From Nitrospirota bacterium (GTDB lineage Bacteria > Nitrospirota > Nitrospiria > 2-01-FULL-66-17), in NCBI GenBank assembly GCA_049325335.1, contig JBMOMC010000001.1, forward strand, positions 384,001 through 448,000: a stretch of 64,000 nt of DNA, given 5' to 3'. The first letter of the stretch is position 1, and each line of letters starts with the position of its first letter. This document shows positions 11,167 to 19,455 of the stretch, piece by piece. Below the pieces are notes generated by a model, which was not told the DNA's origin, made no database searches, and saw only the letters and a program-made list of their open reading frames with translations. Made by a program: the position numbers and the translations under genes.

Positions 11167-11958
11167 TTATCGAACGCCGATATTCGATCGCTCGTCGTCA
11201 GTAGCGTGCGCCCCGTCCTCCGAGGAGCCGATCGCGCCGGATGTCGCCATCGACCGCTCCTGCTCGCTCATCACCGCGCGCGCGAAGAGGTCGGGGCGGC
11301 GCGCGTGCGTGGTCCGCAACGACTGCTCGCGCCGCCACCGGGCAATGGCCTGATGATGCCCGGACAACAACACGTCCGGAACCCGCATACCGCGAAACTC
11401 CGCGGGCCGCGTGTACTGCGGATACTCCAACAACGACTCCACGAAGGATTCCTCCCGCGCGGACTCCGGATCACCCAACACGCCCGGCACCAGCCGCGAC
11501 GCGGCGTCGATCATCGCCATCGCCGCCAACTCCCCGCCGGTCAGGACATAGTCTCCGATCGACAGTTCTTCCCACTCCGCAGTCCCATGGATCCGTTCGT
11601 CCACCCCTTCGTAATGGCCGCAAAACACCGTGATGATGCGGTCCTCGCGGCTCAGATCAACCGCCGCGTGGTGCGAGAACCGGCGCCCCCGGGGAGAGGT
11701 CAGCACCCATCGACGGGGCGCGCCGTCCCCGCGCAACGCCTCCACCGCGGCCGCCACGGGTTCCACTTTCAGCACCATGCCGGCGCCCCCGCCGTACGGC
11801 ACATCGTCCGCGGTGCGGTGTCGGTCAACCGTATAGTCGCGCAAGTCGACGACCCGAACGGCCAACAGCCCGGCGTCACAAGCCCGGCGCAGCATACTCG
11901 CGCTCACGACGGCCCGAATCACGTCCGGAAACAAGGTGATGATTTCACACCGCAACAT
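11167..11958 (-). CDS. trmD: tRNA (guanine37-N1)-methyltransferase
   Basis: [43 protein letters not shown]. Confidence 0.97.
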   Translation of the reverse strand: MLRCEIITLFPDVIRAVVSASMLRRACDAGLLAVRVVDLRDYTVDRHRTADDVPYGGGAGMVLKVEPVAAAVEALRGDGAPRRWVLTSPRGRRFSHHAAVDLSREDRIITVFCGHYEGVDERIHGTAEWEELSIGDYVLTGGELAAMAMIDAASRLVPGVLGDPESAREESFVESLLEYPQYTRPAEFRGMRVPDVLLSGHHQAIARWRREQSLRTTHARRPDLFARAVMSEQERSMATSGAIGSSEDGAHATDDERSNIGVR

Positions 11959-12517
11959 CGTCCATCCATCCCGCAGGTGGCCGCACGACCACGTGTCTGC
12001 GCGCGCGGTCGACTCGGACCACGAACTCCTTGATCATGGGCAGCAAGCGTTCCGTGCCCCCGTCGTCGCACGCCAACAGATCGTACGGCCCGCTCGACCA
12101 GACATTACGAATCACCCCGACCCGCGCTCCCGTCTCCGTGCCGACCGACATCCCCTTTAACTCGTCGTGATAAAACGCGTCCTCCGGCAACCGCGCGCGT
12201 TCGGATTCCTCGATCGCCAGATAACATCCGCGCCACGCGCCCACCTCGTCGAGCGATGACCGGCCGCAAAATTGCAACACAACCCGTCCGTCGGGAACCG
12301 CCCGAACGCGCTCAACCCTCGCGCGAACCGGAGGCGCGGTCAACACCCACAACTCCGCGCCCTCGGCAAAACGATCCGGCGCGTCCGACAACACCTCGGC
12401 CTTGACAGCTCCTGTGAGACCGACGGGTTTGACCACCCGACCCACCACCACCGGGGAGGCGGGACCACCCGTGTCGGCCGCGGACGCTCCGCCGCGTTTG
12501 AGCACGGAACGATTCAC
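11945..12517 (-). CDS. rimM: Ribosome maturation factor RimM
   Basis: [27 protein letters not shown] barrel LLPMIKEFV; between rpsP and trmD; GTG start inferred. Confidence 0.9.
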   Translation of the reverse strand: MNRSVLKRGGASAADTGGPASPVVVGRVVKPVGLTGAVKAEVLSDAPDRFAEGAELWVLTAPPVRARVERVRAVPDGRVVLQFCGRSSLDEVGAWRGCYLAIEESERARLPEDAFYHDELKGMSVGTETGARVGVIRNVWSSGPYDLLACDDGGTERLLPMIKEFVVRVDRARRHVVVRPPAGWMDDVAV

Positions 12518-12777
12518 ACCACTTTCTGCGCCGCCGCGGCGCGAACTCCGGAGCGCTTCAGCAACTGCCGAACCGTGTCGGTCGCTTGCGCGCCCTGCGC
12601 CAGCCACCCTTGGGTTCGCGCGGCGTCAACTTTCACCGCCGCAGACTCCGCCAACGGGTCGTAGGTCCCCAAGACTTCGATAAATCGGCCGTTGCGGGGC
12701 GACTGCGAGTCCGCCACCACGATTCGATAAAAGGGTCGCTTGTGACGACCGTGTCGCGCCAATCGAATTTTAACCAT
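12514..12777 (-). CDS. rpsP: 30S ribosomal protein S16
   Basis: [34 protein letters not shown]. Confidence 0.98.
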   Translation of the reverse strand: MVKIRLARHGRHKRPFYRIVVADSQSPRNGRFIEVLGTYDPLAESAAVKVDAARTQGWLAQGAQATDTVRQLLKRSGVRAAAAQKVV

Positions 12778-12825
12778 GTGCCTCCATCCCCTTCCTGTTG
12801 CGGTGAGTTACGTTCCTATTCATCT

Positions 12826-13677
12826 TCATCGCGAACGGGCCGCGGACTGTCGCGCGGCCTTGAGCAGGCCCGCGTACCCGTCCGTCGCCACCGTTCCCAC
12901 GCCATAGGCTATCGATACGCCGTGCGCCAACGGCTGCCGCGCGAAGCGGTCTTGAATCCGAGCGACCAGGCTCGCGGCCCCGTCGGCGTCGGCGTCCAAC
13001 AAAATCACGGCAAACGTGGCGTGGTCATATCGACCGGCGATATCCACCCGCCGCAGCGACTCCCGGGTCGCCTCCGCGACCCGGCGGATCGCCTGATCCG
13101 CGCTGTCGCTGTCCATCCCCTCGCCGGACAACGAGATGATCACCGCGGCCAACGACCGTTGCTGCCGTTCGGCCAACCGAAGTTCTCGTCGGGACAACTC
13201 GTCAAAGTACGCGCGCGAGCACAGGCCCGAGACCCGGTCCACGCGTTCGACCGCGAGGATGTGCTCTTCCAACGCCACGCGGTCGGACACGTCCCGAATC
13301 AAGATCATGGCCAGCGGGGCGCCGTCGGACGCGGTCATCGGCACGCAGGCCGCGGGAACCACTTGACCGCCGCGCCCCGGGACATTGACGTCCAAGTGCT
13401 CGTGCGCCGCGCCGCGATCTAGCGCGGCGCGCCCCGGACATGTGCTCTCGCAGAGTTCAAACCCCTCCGCGTTTTGGCAAATCGCCACTTCCCGACACAC
13501 CTTGAGCCCGACCGTGGTGTCCACCGAACACGTCGTCAACCGCGCCGCCGCCGGATTCATCGCCACCACGCGCAAGGCCTGATCGATCACCACCACCCCG
13601 TCCGCGGTATGCTGGAAGAGTTGGGTGAACCGCTCCTGTTCGACTTGAAATCCCACTGGTGTCTCCCGGATCGCCAC
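12826..13677 (-). CDS. PAS + degenerate GGDEF domain protein
   Basis: ADGVVVID...AMNPAAARLT PAS (Cys-rich); GGDEF-like D..SGL..R..F and LRRVDIAGRYDHATFAVIL. Confidence 0.8.
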   Translation of the reverse strand: MAIRETPVGFQVEQERFTQLFQHTADGVVVIDQALRVVAMNPAAARLTTCSVDTTVGLKVCREVAICQNAEGFELCESTCPGRAALDRGAAHEHLDVNVPGRGGQVVPAACVPMTASDGAPLAMILIRDVSDRVALEEHILAVERVDRVSGLCSRAYFDELSRRELRLAERQQRSLAAVIISLSGEGMDSDSADQAIRRVAEATRESLRRVDIAGRYDHATFAVILLDADADGAASLVARIQDRFARQPLAHGVSIAYGVGTVATDGYAGLLKAARQSAARSR

Positions 13678-13694
13678 GTCGCGCCGCCCGCCGT

Positions 13695-15026
13695 TTACCC
13701 GGAGAACATGCGGGCCATCATTTCGCGTCCTCGCCCGCCCTTGAATGATTTCATCATTCGTTTTGCTTGCGCAAACTGGCGCAACAACTGATTGACGTCT
13801 TGGACGGTCGTCCCGCTCCCCTTGGCAATGCGTTTTCGGCGGCTCCCATTGATGACGTCGGGATGACGTCGTTCGTGCGGGGTCATCGAGTTCACCATCG
13901 CCTCGACGCGGGCCACATCGCGTTCCGGAGCGCGATCCGCCAATCGGTCCGCGAGTTTGGCGCCTCCCGGAATCATCGCCAACACATCCGTCAGCGACCC
14001 CAATTTCTTGACCTGCTGCAACTGGGCTTTGAACTCCTCGAGCGTAAACGAACCCGTCCCGACCGAATCAACCATCGTGCGGGCATCGAGGTCCGAAAAC
14101 GCCTCGCGCGCCCGCTCGACCAGCCCGGATACGTCGCCCATGCCCAAGATCCGCGACGCCATGCGCTCCGGATGAAACACCTCCAGCGCGGTGAGCGCTT
14201 CCCCGGTCCCCACGTACTTAATGGGTTTCCCGGTCACGGCCAACATGGATAAGAGCGCGCCGGCTCGGGCGTCACCCTCTGTTTTCGTCAAGATGATCCC
14301 GGAGACGCCGATTCGGCGATCAAACTGTTCGGCGATCGACACCGCGGTTTGCCCGGTCATGGCATCTGCCACCAAGAGCACTTCATGCGGATGCACGGCA
14401 TCGCGGATTGCGGCCAACTCCGACATCAAGGCGTCGTCGACTTGCAGGCGACCCGCAGTATCGAGCAGGACCAGGTCCACACCGGAGACATCCGCCTTCG
14501 CGACGGCGGCGCGACACACGGCCTCGGGACTGGATTCTCCGTCCGGCGCCACGACCGGCACCTGAATCTGTTCGCCGATCACCTGAAGCTGCTTGATCGC
14601 GGCCGGCCGTTTTAAATCCGCGGCCGCCAGCAGCACGCGGCGCCCACTGGACGCGAACGCCCGCGCAACCTTTCCGGCCGTGGTGGTTTTCCCGGCGCCT
14701 TGCAAGCCAACCAGCATTACCACGGTCGGCGGGTTCGGGGCCAGGTGAACCGGGCGATGGGACTGACCCATCAGCGCGGTTAACTCTTCCCACACCACGG
14801 TGAGGACTTGTTGTCCGGGGGCGAGACTGTGGAGAACTCGTTGTTCGAGCGCGCGGGTTCTCACTCGACCAAGGAGATCTTTCACGACTTTATAATGGAC
14901 GTCCGCCTCGAGCAACGCGAGACGGACCTCGCGAAGCGCCTCGGTTACCGAGGCTTCATCCAACAGCCCCCGACCCCGGAGGCGCTTGAAGATATCATCC
15001 AGTTTAGTTCGAATCGCGGTAAACAT
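13695..15026 (-). CDS. ffh: Signal recognition particle protein
   Basis: LLEADV, GLQGAGKTTT, DTAGR, DAMTGQ, FHPERMASRILGMGD, SRRKRIAKGSG. Confidence 0.98.
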   Translation of the reverse strand: MFTAIRTKLDDIFKRLRGRGLLDEASVTEALREVRLALLEADVHYKVVKDLLGRVRTRALEQRVLHSLAPGQQVLTVVWEELTALMGQSHRPVHLAPNPPTVVMLVGLQGAGKTTTAGKVARAFASSGRRVLLAAADLKRPAAIKQLQVIGEQIQVPVVAPDGESSPEAVCRAAVAKADVSGVDLVLLDTAGRLQVDDALMSELAAIRDAVHPHEVLLVADAMTGQTAVSIAEQFDRRIGVSGIILTKTEGDARAGALLSMLAVTGKPIKYVGTGEALTALEVFHPERMASRILGMGDVSGLVERAREAFSDLDARTMVDSVGTGSFTLEEFKAQLQQVKKLGSLTDVLAMIPGGAKLADRLADRAPERDVARVEAMVNSMTPHERRHPDVINGSRRKRIAKGSGTTVQDVNQLLRQFAQAKRMMKSFKGGRGREMMARMFSG

Positions 15027-15104
15027 CGTACGAACGTCGGGTGGCCCACCAACAACGTCATCCTCAACGACCAAACAATCGCTTCGCACCAGCGAAACCG
15101 AATT

Positions 15105-15133
15105 AGTCTAGTGAAGAAGACCCCGGAAGTCAA
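15105..15133 (-). promoter_or_regulatory. sigma70-type promoter of ffh operon
   Basis: TTGACT-17bp-TAGACT on minus strand. Confidence 0.65.
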
Positions 15134-15393
15134 GTAATTCCCTTGTGTTTTGCGGTGTTGCGGTCCAGCCGTCCTCCCACCAACTGGCCCGCAACCGACG
15201 CCGCAATCAGGATCGGGATACTCCATGCCTCCAAGCCGAGCCACCACCGCATGGGCACAATCGCCACAACCGGAAGATGAATCCACACAAACCACGGAAC
15301 AGACAGTTTCCTGGATCGCGCGCGCAGTCGTCCTGCCCACACATTGAACGCAAACGCCGCGAATGCCAGGCCGACCAGGATCACCGATTCCAT
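15130..15393 (-). CDS. Small membrane protein
   Basis: 87 aa, three hydrophobic stretches, R..SRKLS..WF..IHLPV motif. Confidence 0.7.
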   Translation of the reverse strand: MESVILVGLAFAAFAFNVWAGRLRARSRKLSVPWFVWIHLPVVAIVPMRWWLGLEAWSIPILIAASVAGQLVGGRLDRNTAKHKGIT

Positions 15394-15540
15394 CCAGCGC
15401 GTGGATCAGCGAGCGGACGATGGGCGACGGCGGACCGTGGGGACGGGCCACGGCCCAGCGGAGTTACCGGGAGCAAATGGGCGCACCACCCGCACGCGCG
15501 CCACTGATCGCGCAGACCGGAAGGCGACAATCCTGGAAGA

Positions 15541-15813
15541 TCAATGCGGAGTTTCAGGTTCCGGGAACGGTAACGGCAGTTGTGACCCGGTGACGATTCG
15601 AGGGACTGTGTAGTGCGAAACCTGTGGGGCGACGAGGCTGGTCTTGAGAAATTGGAGAAACTGCCCTTCCACTGCGTAGACCTCGCGACAGGCGGAGCAC
15701 TCCGCCAGATGCCTATCAACGGTGCTCCGATCAGCCGCAGCGACCTCTCGGTCAAGGTACGCGTACAGAAGACTCTTGACCGATGGGCAATCAGTTAGAC
15801 GGGCGGAGCCCAT
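15541..15813 (-). CDS. Zinc-binding (zf-HC2/ZAS) anti-sigma factor
   Basis: C....LLYAYLDRE.......HLAECSAC (HxxxCxxC); no TM; directly after ECF sigma. Confidence 0.85.
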   Translation of the reverse strand: MGSARLTDCPSVKSLLYAYLDREVAAADRSTVDRHLAECSACREVYAVEGQFLQFLKTSLVAPQVSHYTVPRIVTGSQLPLPFPEPETPH

Positions 15814-15882
15814 CGAATTCCCATCACCGCCGAAGTCGCGTCGATCAGCCCCCGCGCCCTCGACGATTCGATCCCCCCGCCC

Positions 15883-16497
15883 CTACGCGACGGCGTGGTG
15901 AGGCGCGGACGATGTGCTCGCCTGGCGAGTTCCCCAGTAGTCTTTGAGCGCTTTTTTCAAGAAATTGCGACCGCGAGACAGGCGGGACATCACGGTTCCC
16001 AGCGGACAGCTCATGATCTCGGCGATTTCTTTATAGTCAAACCCCTCAACGTCCTTGAGAAGGACCGCTAAGCGGAGTTTTTCAGGAAGCGAGTCCATGG
16101 CTCGCTGAAAATCTTGCCGGAACAGCCCACGTTGGTGGCGATCACTGGACGCGACTAAAATCTCTTTGGGAGATTCATACGGATCGTCTTCAACGATTTC
16201 CAGCTCCGTTAGAGAAACTTCCCTCGCCCGTTGGTGATAGCGGTTAATAAACAGGTTTTTGGTGATGGTGAACAACCACGCCTTGTAGTTTGCGATGTGC
16301 TCGTATCGATGATAGAAACGGAACGCGCGAAGATAGGCATCTTGCACCAGGTCGTGGGCGTCATCGCTGTTTCCCGTCAACACCAGCGCAAAACCGTACA
16401 ATGAATCAAGATATTTAAGCGTCAACTCCTCGAATTCGATCTTCTTTGCCGCATCAGGCCCATCAAGGGTTACGACTTCAGTTTCCATCGTCTCCAC
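15883..16497 (-). CDS. ECF sigma-70 family RNA polymerase sigma factor
   Basis: DAHDLVQDAYLRAF, AWLFTITKN region 2; YKEIAEIMSCPLGTVMSRLSRGR region 4. Confidence 0.95.
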   Translation of the reverse strand: METMETEVVTLDGPDAAKKIEFEELTLKYLDSLYGFALVLTGNSDDAHDLVQDAYLRAFRFYHRYEHIANYKAWLFTITKNLFINRYHQRAREVSLTELEIVEDDPYESPKEILVASSDRHQRGLFRQDFQRAMDSLPEKLRLAVLLKDVEGFDYKEIAEIMSCPLGTVMSRLSRGRNFLKKALKDYWGTRQASTSSAPHHAVA

Positions 16498-16545
16498 TCC
16501 AGCCCTCCTGTTTCAAACGGCTCATCTTCGCTGGGGTGGAGTGAC

Positions 16546-16561
16546 TGCAATCCTAGCGCCA
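16546..16561 (-). promoter_or_regulatory. sigma54 (-24/-12) promoter upstream of ECF sigma gene
   Basis: Minus strand TGGCGC-TAGGA-TTGCA with exact GG-N10-GC spacing, about 50 bp before the start codon. Confidence 0.65.
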
Positions 16562-16835
16562 GGCCTCTAGCGGTCAAAATCACGGTTTCCCAGTCATTAA
16601 CAGCCTCGTTTTTTAGCAAAAAGTGCTGAACTTTTTCCCTACTACGACCTATATTCCCTAGTTTAGAAAAAAAACGGCACGCATTGCCTCAGAACAGGTT
16701 ACTGAGCAATGGCGGAGAGGCTGCGCGTTTCTCAACAAGATACGGTTGGTACGCTCGTCCCCGCTGGAAGTCCATAGCCGCTGAACGGCTTACGGCCCCC
16801 CCCCACCAACACACCGATGAATCCCGAGAAAAATC

Positions 16836-19190
16836 TCAGCTACATCGAGAATAGCCGCAGATACCACACTTCTCACACCCCTCTTCGAATTTGAGCTCAC
16901 AGCCACAATCAGGGCATGGAAACGCGACTTTCCCGGTCCGCCCCGCAACCAACACGGCCCCGGTATCGGAGTCCATCTCCAGGGCTGGGGCTTTTGACGA
17001 CAAGTAATCCGCCAAACTCTTGGCGATTGCGTCCGAACAGGACAGTACCCGATGCGGACCGATGCCCGTGGGTTTATCACACCGAATGCCGACCAACTGT
17101 TTGACGATAGCTCGCGGATCAGCGCCGGCGCGTAGGGCCAGGGAAATCAACCGACCGATGGCCTCATTAAACGAGGCCTCGCATCCTCCGGATTTCCCCA
17201 TCATGTTAAAGACCTCGAACGCGCGACCGGCTTCGTCCTGGTTCACCGTGACGTACAGATCCCCACACGAGGTCTTGGTCCGACTGGTGCATCCGGTCGT
17301 GGTGCGGGGACGCGGTTTCGGCATAATCAAGTTCGCGGCGCCGGGAGTGCCGCTTCCCGGAATCGCCGCGTTCACCGACGCCGGCCCCCCGCTGGATACG
17401 TCGGCGCCTTTTTCCGACTTCCCGACGTTGAGCACTTGTTCCTCTCGACTCCCGTCACGGTACACGGTAATACCCTTGCAACCCAACGTGTACGCCAACA
17501 AATACGCTTTCTTGACGTCTTCGACCGTGGCCTGCTCCGGCAAGTTGATGGTCTTGGACACCGCGCTATCGGTCCCGGCTTGAAACGCGGCCTGCATACG
17601 CACGTGCCACTCCGGAGCAATGTCATGCGACGTGGCGAACACTCGCTGCCATCGCTCAGGCACTTCGGACAGGCCTCGCGCGGACCCATGATTCTCTAGA
17701 ATGCGCTCAATCAACCCCTCGCGCCAAAACCCTTCGCGTTTGGCCACGTCGATAAAATCTTCGAGCACGTAGGGAAGGTGCTCGCCGTCCATCACGTTCT
17801 TGTACCAAATCAGGGAGAACTCGGGCTCACAGCCCCCGGAGGTGTCCGCGATCATGGAAATCGTGCCGGTCGGCGCAACCGTGGTGACGTAGGAATTTCG
17901 CAAGCGATACCCCTGCTTCTGATGGAGCGACCCCTCCCAATACGCGTAAGGGCCACGCTCATCAGCGAGCCGACGCGACTCGTCGTACCCGATGTCCCGG
18001 AAGAATTTCATGACCTGACGCCCCATCTCAACGCCCTCATTCGAATCATAGGCAATCCCGAGCTTAAACAACAATCTGGCAAACCCCATGATTCCCAGAC
18101 CGATCTTTCGATTCGCCTTGGTGATTTCCTCGATTTGAGGGATCGGATAGTTATTCATGTCGATCACGTTATCGAGAAACCGCACGCTGGAGCGAATGGT
18201 CTGCTCCAACCGCGACCAATCCACTTCCGTCCGCCCGTTCCGTTGGATCACGTGCCGCTCGACATTGATGCTGCCCAAGTTGCAGGACTCGTAGGGCAAC
18301 AAGGGCTGTTCCCCGCAGGGGTTGGTGGCTTCCATCGCCGCGACGTGCGGGGTGGGATTGGCTCGGTTGGTCACGTCAATAAAGAAGAGGCCGGGTTCAC
18401 CATTTCGCCACGCTGCAGTGGCGATCCGGTCAAACACGTCCCGCGCAGACAGTTGTCGAATCGGTTGGCCGGTACGGGGGCTGGTGAGATCGTAGTCGGT
18501 TCCACGCTCTACGGCCTCCATGAATCGATCCGTCATGGCCACGCTGATGTTGAAGTTCGTGATCTCCTTTGTATCGGTCTTGCACGCAATGAACTCCAAG
18601 ATATCCGGATGGTCCACGCGGAGAATGCCCATGTTCGCGCCCCGCCTGGTGCCGCCTTGTTTGACGGCTTCGGTGGCATGGTTGAAGACCTTCATGAACG
18701 AGACGGGCCCTGACGCAACCCCCCCGGTCGTGCGGACCACGTCGTCCTTGGGGCGCAACCGCGAAAACGAGAATCCGGTCCCGCCGCCGGTTTTGTGAAT
18801 GATCGCGGCCTGTTTGACCGTCTCAAAAATATCTTCCATGGAGTCGCCGACCGGCAACACAAAACACGCGGACAACTGCTGGAGTTCACGCCCGGCATTC
18901 ATCAAGGTCGGAGAGTTCGGCAGAAAATCCATCTCCGCCATGATCGCGTAGAAGCGTTCGTACGCCCGCTCGACCGCAACGTCCCCACCGCCATATCCGC
19001 GTTCGGCCTGGGCAATGTTTCGCGCCACGCGCTCGAACAATTCCTGCGGAGTCTCGACCGCGTGGCCCTGTTCGTCCTTGGCCAGGTAGCGCTTCTTCAG
19101 AACCTTGAGCGCGTTCACAGAAATCTGGGGGGTCGGATGCCCCGCTGAAGCCACCGTCGACCCACCGGTCACCTGGGCGTTTTCACTCAT
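16836..19190 (-). CDS. nrdJ: Vitamin B12-dependent class II ribonucleotide reductase with C-terminal TSCPD/zinc-ribbon domain
   Basis: FLPNSPTLMNAG, LSACFV, QGGTRRGANM, TNPCGEQPL, APTGTIS, CKGITVYRDG, C-terminal CPDCG..CEKCGICGYSRC. Confidence 0.96.
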   Translation of the reverse strand: MSENAQVTGGSTVASAGHPTPQISVNALKVLKKRYLAKDEQGHAVETPQELFERVARNIAQAERGYGGGDVAVERAYERFYAIMAEMDFLPNSPTLMNAGRELQQLSACFVLPVGDSMEDIFETVKQAAIIHKTGGGTGFSFSRLRPKDDVVRTTGGVASGPVSFMKVFNHATEAVKQGGTRRGANMGILRVDHPDILEFIACKTDTKEITNFNISVAMTDRFMEAVERGTDYDLTSPRTGQPIRQLSARDVFDRIATAAWRNGEPGLFFIDVTNRANPTPHVAAMEATNPCGEQPLLPYESCNLGSINVERHVIQRNGRTEVDWSRLEQTIRSSVRFLDNVIDMNNYPIPQIEEITKANRKIGLGIMGFARLLFKLGIAYDSNEGVEMGRQVMKFFRDIGYDESRRLADERGPYAYWEGSLHQKQGYRLRNSYVTTVAPTGTISMIADTSGGCEPEFSLIWYKNVMDGEHLPYVLEDFIDVAKREGFWREGLIERILENHGSARGLSEVPERWQRVFATSHDIAPEWHVRMQAAFQAGTDSAVSKTINLPEQATVEDVKKAYLLAYTLGCKGITVYRDGSREEQVLNVGKSEKGADVSSGGPASVNAAIPGSGTPGAANLIMPKPRPRTTTGCTSRTKTSCGDLYVTVNQDEAGRAFEVFNMMGKSGGCEASFNEAIGRLISLALRAGADPRAIVKQLVGIRCDKPTGIGPHRVLSCSDAIAKSLADYLSSKAPALEMDSDTGAVLVAGRTGKVAFPCPDCGCELKFEEGCEKCGICGYSRCS

Positions 19191-19315
19191 GCCGAAACCC
19201 TCCTTGGTTGAATGCGGTGGAAATCACTTCTTTTATAAAAAATGCCCTGAACACTGGAGAGAATAGTGACGTGACAAGTGCAGACCGCATCGCGCTCCGC
19301 CAAATGCGAGGGGCG

Positions 19316-19344
19316 ATCCTACTCCGTCACAATCATCGTGTCAA
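19316..19344 (-). promoter_or_regulatory. sigma70 promoter of nrdJ
   Basis: TTGACA-17bp-TAGGAT on minus strand. Confidence 0.75.
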
Positions 19345-19351
19345 GCAAAAA

Positions 19352-19398
19352 ACACAATATCATGGGCCATACAGTTTTTCTAGCCCTAGATATTGTGG
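19352..19398. promoter_or_regulatory. Tandem NrdR boxes
   Basis: ACACAATATCATGGGC (19352-19367) and GCCCTAGATATTGTGG (19383-19398), 31 bp apart, resembling acaCwAtATaTwGtgt. Confidence 0.8.
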
Positions 19399-19455
19399 AT
19401 ACTGCTGTTCGTTGACTGGAGACTGCTGTTGATAGCGTGTGGACCGTGCGCTGAG

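Noticed and set aside
16836..19190. Intein or intron in nrdJ
   Set aside because: Length and motifs are continuous; no splicing signatures seen.
19191..19315. Possible cobalamin riboswitch before nrdJ
   Set aside because: Leader is short and no B12-box motif was seen.
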